DNA of 48,279 nucleotides from an uncultured Verrucomicrobiota bacterium (GTDB lineage Bacteria; Auribacterota; JABMQX01; JAFGEW01): NCBI GenBank assembly GCA_964449605.1, contig CAYUZG010000001.1, positions 1 to 48,279 of the forward strand, read 5' to 3'. Shown piece by piece: positions 23,694 to 31,054 of this stretch (position 1 is its first letter; each line of letters starts with the position of its first letter). The notes under the pieces were generated by a model. It saw only the letters and a program-made list of their open reading frames with translations, ran no database searches and was not told where the DNA came from. The position numbers and the translations under genes were made by a program.

Positions 23694-25073
23694 ATGCGAT
23701 ACACGTTGATCTGGCTGCTGCTGATCGGGCCGATTGCGCTCTGGAGCACGGGCGCAGCAGCCGGAACGGAGCCCGAAGGGGGAGAACAACGGCCGACGGC
23801 AGAGACCGGCGGCGGTGGCAGCGCGGCTGCGCCCACCATCGAGGGCGACCAGAACGCCGCGCGTCCGCTGTACCAACAGGCCGAGCAAGCCTACATGCGA
23901 GGCGAGCACGCGCAGGCCGCCGAGCTGTTCCAACGCGCGTACGGCCTCTGGCACCACCCGACCTTCCAGTTCAACCGGGGCCAGGCGCTCGCGCGAGCAA
24001 CCAGGTACCAGGACGCACTCGCCGCCTTCCAGCAGTACGTCTCGACCTACGCGAGCTCGGGCCTGCCGGCGGACCGGTTCGAGTCGCTCGTCCACATCCA
24101 GATCGCCGAGTGCCTCCACCAGCTCAACCGCCGCAGCGAGGCGACGGCGGCCCTGCGCCGCTACCTCGAGCTCAATCCACAGGGAGACCTGGCGCCCGCC
24201 GTACGCCAGTCCATTGAGCGCAGCACACCGCCCGGCTCGATCGGCGCGCGCGACCCCCAGACGGTCCAGGCCGCCCGCCGCATCCACGACGAGGCCGCGG
24301 CACTGCACCAGCACGGGAGCGACCGGCAAGCAGCCGAGCGATTCCTGGAAGGCTACCGGCAGTACAGCGAGGTCAGCGAGTTCCTCTACAACGCGGCGAG
24401 CTGCTACCGCTCGGCCCGGATGTGGGTCGAGGCAGTCCGCGAGTACGAGCGCTACGTGATGACCGCGTGCCCGGCTGCCGATGCCTTTGTCGAGCTCGCT
24501 CAGTGCTATCACGAGCAGGCCGACTACGAGCGCGCCATTGAGGCGTATCAACGCTACCTCCAGCGCGAGCCGCGCGGCACGTTTGCCAGCGACGCACGCG
24601 AGTACGTTCAGTCGATGACGAGCGTGCTCGAGATGAGCCGGCAGCGGCCGCCGAGAGAAACCATCAGGCAGGCGTCGCAGCATTTCGACCGCGGCCGCAC
24701 CCACTACGAGGCCGGACGATACCGCCAGGCGCTCCAGGAGTTCTCGCAGGCGCACGACCTCGCACCGACGCGCGAGACCCAGTTCAACATCGGCATGTGC
24801 TACTACCGCATGCGCGACTGGATGCACACGCTCACCACGTTCGAGAACTACCTGCGCGACGGCGACGATGCCGAGCACACCGTGGCCCACCTCTACGCGG
24901 CCCAGGCCGAAATCGAGCTCGAGCGACCGGGCAATGCACAGCGCCACATCCAGGACTACTTGACCCGCGCCGATGCCCAGGAGCTGCCGAACGAGGAACG
25001 CGATCGGCGGTTCGCGCAGCAACTCCAGGAGCGCGTGCGCCGTGCGCTCGCGCCGTTCACCGGAGGCTCATGA
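23694..25073 (+). CDS. secreted TPR-repeat protein (paralogue 3 of 3)
   Basis: Signal peptide MRYTLIWLLLIGPIALWSTGAAAG. Same three-module layout, and the C-terminus carries QELPNEE. Confidence 0.8.
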   Translation: MRYTLIWLLLIGPIALWSTGAAAGTEPEGGEQRPTAETGGGGSAAAPTIEGDQNAARPLYQQAEQAYMRGEHAQAAELFQRAYGLWHHPTFQFNRGQALARATRYQDALAAFQQYVSTYASSGLPADRFESLVHIQIAECLHQLNRRSEATAALRRYLELNPQGDLAPAVRQSIERSTPPGSIGARDPQTVQAARRIHDEAAALHQHGSDRQAAERFLEGYRQYSEVSEFLYNAASCYRSARMWVEAVREYERYVMTACPAADAFVELAQCYHEQADYERAIEAYQRYLQREPRGTFASDAREYVQSMTSVLEMSRQRPPRETIRQASQHFDRGRTHYEAGRYRQALQEFSQAHDLAPTRETQFNIGMCYYRMRDWMHTLTTFENYLRDGDDAEHTVAHLYAAQAEIELERPGNAQRHIQDYLTRADAQELPNEERDRRFAQQLQERVRRALAPFTGGS

Positions 25074-25151
25074 CGAGAAAGGATGCCAAGCAGTACAAAG
25101 CGATACTAGAACCCGAAACACGTTGAAGGCTTCGATACGGGAGGAGCGATC

Positions 25152-27863
25152 ATGAAACGACGCACGCTGACACTGATCGTTCTTGTCGGGCTCGCGCTCT
25201 ATGTGGCCGGCGTGGCCGCGCAGGAGATCCTGCTCGACGAGAACATCAAGGCGGGCAAGCTGATGTGCTTCCGCGACTTCAGCGACCCGAAGAAGTACTA
25301 CTACCTGGCCGACCAGCCGCACGTCGCGCTCAGGGTGGACAACAACATGCCCGAGTTCGCCTTCATCAAGTACGTCAAGAACGTGCCGCGCGAAGGCGAG
25401 GGCGGCATCGAAGAAGGCGAGGGCGGCGGCGTCGTCACCTGCCTGATGAGCTACGAGGTTTCCGACGAGGACCGCCGCGAAGCTGAGCGCGTGCTCCAGC
25501 AGATGGTGCCGGGCGCCAAGCTCGCCGGGCCGGTCATCTACCGCGCCGGCAGCTACGCGGTGACCACCCCGCTCGCGAGCGGCGAAGGCGAGGACGACGA
25601 GGCGATGAAGTTCATCCACCAGATCTTCGCCACGGGAAAGGCGCCCGTGCTCGAGGGCCACAAGTGCGCCGTCTCGATGCGGCTCACCAAGGAAGGCGCC
25701 ACGCTCCTGTGGGAGAGCTTCAAGATGGGCACCTCGCAGGTGAGCGTCGTCTACGAGATGGAGGTCAAGGGCTACCGCAACCCGTTCGAAGCGACCATCA
25801 TCGCCGACTGGTCCAAGATCACCAAGCACCACCAGCTCCAGGCCGGCATCAAGGCCAAGTGGTTCGGCGCCGATATCGACATGCTCTGGCAGGAGCTGCG
25901 GCAGCAGGGCGCCGTTCAGATCATCCAGAAGGGCGAAGATGAGAACATGGAGAAGATCCTCGCCGAAGCCCAGCGCATCATCATGGCGCGCATCTTCGAT
26001 CGCGAGGAAATGCCCAGCCTGGGCGACCTCGCGAGCCAGGCCGGCGGCCAGAACGCCTACTCGAACCTTGACCGCGCCGTGAGCTACATGCGCGACGAGG
26101 AGGCCCGGCGCCGCAGCCGCCCAAGCGGCACCCGTGAAGGCAGCACGACCACGAGCGAGCTGTACATCAACTGGCCTGGCCCGGAATCCGACTACGCGCG
26201 CGACACGAGCCGCTGGGTCGTCGTCGCCGGCGAGCCATCCGGCGCCGCCGAGGACACGAGCGGCGCCTCCGACCAGCTGGACGCCCAAGAGCAGCGAGAC
26301 TTCGACCGCCACGTCCAGGAGGGCAATGAGCACTGGCGCGCAGGACGCTACCAGCAGGCGGCGGATGCCTACGAGGAGGCGTGGCTGATCGATCCGCGGC
26401 TCGGCGTCGACTACAACATCGCCCAGTGCCACGCCGCCCTCGGCGACTACGGACACGCGTTGACCGAGTTCCAGCAGCTCGAAACGCTCGAGACGGATGC
26501 GGGGCGGCAGTTCCGGCAGCGCTACCCGCAGCTCTTCCTCGACGTCGCCGAGTGCCTGCTCGCGGGTAACCGCGCCCGCGAGGCCGCGACCCGCATCGAA
26601 ACCTTCATGCAGCGCGCACGCGAGGCCGACCTCCCGAACGAGGAACACCACATGACCCGCGCCCGGCAGCTCGCGCAGCAGTGCCGGGACGCCGGCGTCG
26701 AGGTGAATGAGGGGGGCTCCGGCGAGAGCGACCACACCCCCGACACCGCGGCCGCCAGCACGGGCGGCGGCGGGACCGGCGGCGGCGAGACTGGTGGCGG
26801 CGAGACCGGCGGCGGTGGGACCGGCGGCGGTGGGACCGGCGGCGGCAGCGACCTGAGGGAGTCGCCCCTGCTCGGCGGCGCCGGGAGCGCCGAATCGAGG
26901 CGGTCGAGCCTGCGGCGGCCCGGCGAGCAGTCGCCGGCGGCCGAGCGGCGCGACGCGCTCCGCTCGCCTTACGGCGACGAAGCGGGCGGCGACGGCGCCG
27001 CGTCCGGCGGCGCCAGCGAACGCGCCGAGGGCGGCGGCCGCGAACGCGAGCAAGAGCGCACGTCGGGCATCTCGATGCTCGTCTCGTACAAGATGCGGAA
27101 CATCAAGGTGTCGGGCCGCCAGGAGATCACACTGAAGAAGTACACGCTCGACACGCAGCCGTTCGTCTTCACAGCCAACATCAACGGCATGCGCCGCTAC
27201 ATGGACAATCCGGCCGTCTTCAAAGCGGTCAACCTCGACGACCCGGTCTTCAAGCAGCGCGAGGTGCTCGTCTCGCTCGACGGCCAGGACGCTGCCGACT
27301 TCGACAAGTTCATCAACTACGTCACCGTCCAGCTGCGCAAGAAGCACCAGAACGGCGACATCACCTACGACGAGATCAAGATCAACAAGGACAACTTCCA
27401 GCAGAGCGCCAACTACTTCCGCATGGTCTACGGCTGGAAGGGCGACAACGACCGCACCAAGTGGCTCAGCTTCGACTACAAGGTCGTCTGGAGCTTCTTC
27501 GGCGGCGCCGTCTACGAGCAGCCGTGGACGACGACCGACGAGTTCATGATCAACGTCAGCCCGCCGACCAAGTACCGGACGATTCGCTTCGAGGCCGACC
27601 CCCAGATGCTGCGCGACGAGAACGTGCGCCACGTCGATGCGACGATCCGCTACACGCTCTTCGGCACGCCGTGGGCCGAGCGCGTCACGTTGAAGTCGAG
27701 CGACGAGGCGCCGGAGAAGGAAGTCGAGTACGTCCACATGGACGGCGACTACGACTACGAGTACGAACTCTCGTGGCGGCTGCGCGGCAACAAGAAAGTC
27801 GAGACCGGCCCGCTCGCCGGCGACGACACGATCATCTACTGCGACGAGCTGCCCGAGAACTAG
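25152..27863 (+). CDS. secreted protein, long YYYxP-family member with an inserted TPR module and a Gly-rich repeat linker
   Basis: RBS GGGAGGAGCGATC-ATG. Signal peptide MKRRTLTLIVLVGLALYVAGVAA. Motifs: KYYYLADQP (25296-25304), GKAPVLEGHKCAVSMRLTKEGATLLWESFK, NLDDPVFKQREVLVSLDG...INYVTVQLRKK...FDYKVVW. Ends in IIYCDELPEN. The insert at ~26280-26690 resembles module 3 of the TPR paralogues. Confidence 0.8.
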   Translation: MKRRTLTLIVLVGLALYVAGVAAQEILLDENIKAGKLMCFRDFSDPKKYYYLADQPHVALRVDNNMPEFAFIKYVKNVPREGEGGIEEGEGGGVVTCLMSYEVSDEDRREAERVLQQMVPGAKLAGPVIYRAGSYAVTTPLASGEGEDDEAMKFIHQIFATGKAPVLEGHKCAVSMRLTKEGATLLWESFKMGTSQVSVVYEMEVKGYRNPFEATIIADWSKITKHHQLQAGIKAKWFGADIDMLWQELRQQGAVQIIQKGEDENMEKILAEAQRIIMARIFDREEMPSLGDLASQAGGQNAYSNLDRAVSYMRDEEARRRSRPSGTREGSTTTSELYINWPGPESDYARDTSRWVVVAGEPSGAAEDTSGASDQLDAQEQRDFDRHVQEGNEHWRAGRYQQAADAYEEAWLIDPRLGVDYNIAQCHAALGDYGHALTEFQQLETLETDAGRQFRQRYPQLFLDVAECLLAGNRAREAATRIETFMQRAREADLPNEEHHMTRARQLAQQCRDAGVEVNEGGSGESDHTPDTAAASTGGGGTGGGETGGGETGGGGTGGGGTGGGSDLRESPLLGGAGSAESRRSSLRRPGEQSPAAERRDALRSPYGDEAGGDGAASGGASERAEGGGREREQERTSGISMLVSYKMRNIKVSGRQEITLKKYTLDTQPFVFTANINGMRRYMDNPAVFKAVNLDDPVFKQREVLVSLDGQDAADFDKFINYVTVQLRKKHQNGDITYDEIKINKDNFQQSANYFRMVYGWKGDNDRTKWLSFDYKVVWSFFGGAVYEQPWTTTDEFMINVSPPTKYRTIRFEADPQMLRDENVRHVDATIRYTLFGTPWAERVTLKSSDEAPEKEVEYVHMDGDYDYEYELSWRLRGNKKVETGPLAGDDTIIYCDELPEN
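26761..26850 (+). repeat. in-frame tandem 15-bp repeat (~6 units) encoding (T-G-G-G-G/E)n
   Basis: The DNA reads ggcggcggcgggacc / ggcggcggcgagact / ggtggcggcgagacc / ggcggcggtgggacc / ggcggcggtgggacc / ggcggcggc. The protein reads GGGGTGGGETGGGETGGGGTGGGGTGGG. Confidence 0.75.
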
Positions 27864-27884
27864 ACGTCAGGCGAGGCAGTCTAC

Positions 27885-29930
27885 ATGTCTCTGCAAGAAC
27901 AGGGCGGGGCATGGCCCGATCGCCATGTCCCGCCCGTTCAGCCCTTTCAGCCACTGCAGGCAGCAAGCAGGCGGCCGAGAAAGCCCCGCCCCTGGTTTGT
28001 CATCATCATCGTGGCGGCTGTGGCGGCCGTGGGCGGTCTGCAGAAAGGATGCAAAGACACCTGGGAAGAGCATCATAAGACGGCCCAGAGGCTGTACGAG
28101 GCGGGCCGCTACGAGAAAGCCTGCGACGAAGCCGAGAAGGCCCTCGACAAAGCTGAACGCCTCTTCGGCCCCGACGACGGGCGTGTCGGGTCGGTCCTGT
28201 GCACGCTGGGCCGGATCCGCGCCGCGCAGTCGCTGTATGAGGAGGCCGAGCACTGCTTCAAACGCAGTCTGCGGATCTGCAAGTCGGCTGCCACAGACGA
28301 TCCCCAGGCCGTCGGCTACGTCGCTGCCGATCTAGCGGACCTGTATTTCCGGTTGGGGAGATACGATGAGGCCGAGCCGCTTGCCGTGCAGGCCCTGGAC
28401 GCCACAAGGAAGCATTTCGAGCCCGACGATCCCCAACTTGCCACAGCGTGCCGGATCATGGGCAACCTGCACCGCATCCGCGGCCGGTACGACGAGGCGG
28501 AGCGGCTGCTCAGACAGGCCGTGGCGATCGACACGCGCGCCGAGGGCAAGGACAGCATCGGAGTGGCCGTTGATCTAAACGATCTTGGCGTGCTGTTGAC
28601 GGCCCAGGGTCGGCACAACGAGGCAGAAGCCGCGCTGAGGCAAGCCGTCGCGACCAACCGCAACAACCGGGGCGCCCGGCATCCGGAGATCGCCACCAAT
28701 CTCGGCAATCTCGGCGACGTCTACGCCGCCCAGGGGCGCTTCGAGGAGGCCGAGACCGCCTACGAAGAAGCGCTCTCTATCGCCGAGGAGGCGTATGGGC
28801 CCGAGCACCTGTCAATCACGCACCAGTTGGCGGGGCTCGTCGGTGTGCGGGCCGCCCAGGGACGGTTCGCCGAGGCCGAGAGACTGTGCGCACGCATCCT
28901 GCCAATCCACCAACGCGTATTCGGGCCCTATGACACCAGAGTGGTGGTTGATCTTCTCGATCTCGGCTGGTTCTGCGAGACCCAAGCGAAAGCTGACGAA
29001 GCTGAAAAGCACTACCGGCGCGCACTCGAGATCGCCGAGCACGAAGGAGGCGAGAACACCCTCGGCGCCGCCACGGCCCGCTTGGCCCTTGGGGCTCTGT
29101 ATGCCAAGCTGGGTCGGTTCGACGAAGCCGAGCCCCTTCTTGCCCAGTCCCTCGCAACGAGAATCGAGCTTCTGGGAGGTGACAGCATCGAGACAGCCAG
29201 CGTGCGGTACTGGCTGGGACGCCTCTACAGAGGAACCGACCAGGACGAGAAGGCTTGCGAGCAGCTCGAGCAAGCCCTACCGGTCTACGAGCGCTCCTAT
29301 GGACCCGAGCACAGCGAGACAGCCTACGTGTGTGGCTACCTGGCTGGGGGTTATCTGAACCTTGAGCGGATAGAGGAATCGGAGACCTGCTACAAGAGGG
29401 CGCTCGAAGTGCTCGAACCCGCCGTCGCCGAAGATCCCGGAATCATCATGCGCTGCTACTACGGCTTGTCGGAAATCGCATGCAAGCGTGGCGATATCGA
29501 AACCGCGTATGCCCGAGCGCGGAAACGGATTGAAATCGCCGAGCAGTACTTGCCCGAAGACCATCCCTGGCGATTGAGCGCAGCGACAGCGTTGGCGAAC
29601 GTGCACGTTGCCGACGGCAAGCTGGCCGAAGCGGAGGCCGTGTGTGAGAAGATCATCGAGGAATATGAGAAGCTCCTGGGACCAGACACAGCCGAGATGG
29701 CTCTGGCGCTCGACTTGACGAACGAGGCATGCGAAGAGGCCGGTCTCACTGACAAGGCCCAGGAGTACGCCGAGCGCGCGGCCGCCATCCGCGCCAGAAT
29801 CAACGACGCGTCCGCCGACGAGACGCCGGGCGACGAAACGTTGGGCGACGAGACCTCAGCTGCCGCGACAACCCCACCGGACGAGACCGTGCCGAGCACC
29901 GAAGACGACAAGGCCGCGTCAGAGGACTAG
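27885..29930 (+). CDS. membrane-anchored TPR protein (kinesin-light-chain-like TPR_12 repeats); last gene of the array
   Basis: Single TM (PWFVIIIVAAVAAVGGL) after a short N-terminus. About 12 repeats of ~42 aa follow, each carrying G(R/K)(Y/F)(D/E)EAE (LGRYDEAEPL, RGRYDEAERL, QGRFEEAETA, QGRFAEAERL, LGRFDEAEPL and others). Acidic C-terminus. Confidence 0.8.
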   Translation: MSLQEQGGAWPDRHVPPVQPFQPLQAASRRPRKPRPWFVIIIVAAVAAVGGLQKGCKDTWEEHHKTAQRLYEAGRYEKACDEAEKALDKAERLFGPDDGRVGSVLCTLGRIRAAQSLYEEAEHCFKRSLRICKSAATDDPQAVGYVAADLADLYFRLGRYDEAEPLAVQALDATRKHFEPDDPQLATACRIMGNLHRIRGRYDEAERLLRQAVAIDTRAEGKDSIGVAVDLNDLGVLLTAQGRHNEAEAALRQAVATNRNNRGARHPEIATNLGNLGDVYAAQGRFEEAETAYEEALSIAEEAYGPEHLSITHQLAGLVGVRAAQGRFAEAERLCARILPIHQRVFGPYDTRVVVDLLDLGWFCETQAKADEAEKHYRRALEIAEHEGGENTLGAATARLALGALYAKLGRFDEAEPLLAQSLATRIELLGGDSIETASVRYWLGRLYRGTDQDEKACEQLEQALPVYERSYGPEHSETAYVCGYLAGGYLNLERIEESETCYKRALEVLEPAVAEDPGIIMRCYYGLSEIACKRGDIETAYARARKRIEIAEQYLPEDHPWRLSAATALANVHVADGKLAEAEAVCEKIIEEYEKLLGPDTAEMALALDLTNEACEEAGLTDKAQEYAERAAAIRARINDASADETPGDETLGDETSAAATTPPDETVPSTEDDKAASED

Positions 29931-31022
29931 GATGTCCTCGCGCTGGACGGTCCGGCCGGCGAACTCGACGTCGAGCATCGGCCACTCGGGCGAGAGCGTG
30001 AGCCACTCGAGCCCGGCATCGGTCACCAGGATCGTGTCCTCCGACTTCGTGCCCGTGATCGACGGGTTCCACGCAAACGCTTGATTTGCCAGGACCGGCT
30101 GCGTCTCGCCCGGCCTTGCCACGACGTCGCGCGGCGCGTAGCCGATCGAGCCGCCCTGGTGATGCAGGCGCCACTCGTCGGGGAAACCGGCGTCGGCGTA
30201 GGCCTGCTGCCCGACGGCGAAGATGTCGCCGAGCGCCGCGCCGACCGTTGTGCTGAGATTCAACGCGGCATCAACGCGGACAACGGCATCGTGCTTGCGC
30301 CGCAGCTCGGCCGGCAGCGGCCCGAAGTGCACGTGGCGCGTGCACGCGACGATGAGCCCGCGGCGCCGCGCGCAGACGATCATCATCACCGTGCGATCGA
30401 CCCTTTTGTCCGTGTTGATCGGGTGGCGGTATTGCGCGATCCGCTCGTCGGCGGCCACGAGCATCACGATCGGCGTGATGCCGCGCGCGAGCATGGCCCC
30501 AGACAAGCGGCCGGCGATCTCGTTCTCGCTCAGTCCCGGCATGACCCCCTTGGCCACGCTGCGCATGCACTGCTCGATGTCCGCGCCGAGCGAGCGGTAC
30601 CTGTCGATCTCTTCGGGCGTGAGCGCATACCGCAGCGCGGCGATCCGGCGCGTCTCGAGCGTCGAGCCGGCGATGCCTGTATCGGACGCCACGACGAGGT
30701 CGCGCGTCAGCCGCTCGATCTCGCCCCCGACACCGTCGAGATCCGACCACGCGACCGTGCGCAACCCGTAGCCGGGCGTAGCGATCTCCTCGGCCATGAT
30801 GCGGTCGGCCTCGTTTGCCGGCGTGACGACGTACTTCGCGTCACGCGCGATCACGACCGACGCGACGCCGGCATCGGTCGCAACGTTGATGTGGTTGTCG
30901 CCGCCGCCCGTGATCCACGCGAAGTTCGCGTGCGTCGTCAGGACGAGTGCGTCGTACCTCGCCTCGTCGAGAAACGCGCGAACGCGCGCCTCCTTCGTCG
31001 CTACCTCCTGCTCAACGCCCAT
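29919..31022 (-). CDS. M24-family metallopeptidase (Xaa-Pro aminopeptidase/creatinase-like)
   Basis: The track ORF extends to 31127. I prefer the ATG at 31022 (MGVEQEV..), preceded by AGGGAGA. It has a creatinase-like N-domain (YDALVLTTHANFAWITGG) and a pita-bread C-domain (WRLHHQGGSIGY...GTKSEDTILVT). Its 3' end overlaps the convergent 27885..29930 gene by 12 bp. Confidence 0.7.
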   Translation of the reverse strand: MGVEQEVATKEARVRAFLDEARYDALVLTTHANFAWITGGGDNHINVATDAGVASVVIARDAKYVVTPANEADRIMAEEIATPGYGLRTVAWSDLDGVGGEIERLTRDLVVASDTGIAGSTLETRRIAALRYALTPEEIDRYRSLGADIEQCMRSVAKGVMPGLSENEIAGRLSGAMLARGITPIVMLVAADERIAQYRHPINTDKRVDRTVMMIVCARRRGLIVACTRHVHFGPLPAELRRKHDAVVRVDAALNLSTTVGAALGDIFAVGQQAYADAGFPDEWRLHHQGGSIGYAPRDVVARPGETQPVLANQAFAWNPSITGTKSEDTILVTDAGLEWLTLSPEWPMLDVEFAGRTVQREDILVL

Positions 31023-31054
31023 GGTCCTTATCGTCTCCCTGGAACCGCGTCGCC

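Noticed and set aside
26761-26850. Tandem repeats considered as a possible CRISPR or minisatellite locus.
   Set aside because: The units are only 15 bp with no spacers. They are in frame inside a well-supported CDS, so this is a coding Gly-rich linker.
9518-29930. Considered whether the 20-kb array is a prophage, an integrative element or a biosynthetic gene cluster.
   Set aside because: No integrase, transposase, recombinase, phage structural or terminase motifs, and no flanking direct repeats or tRNA. There are also no PKS/NRPS or tailoring-enzyme motifs. Nearly all products are exported non-enzymatic-looking proteins.
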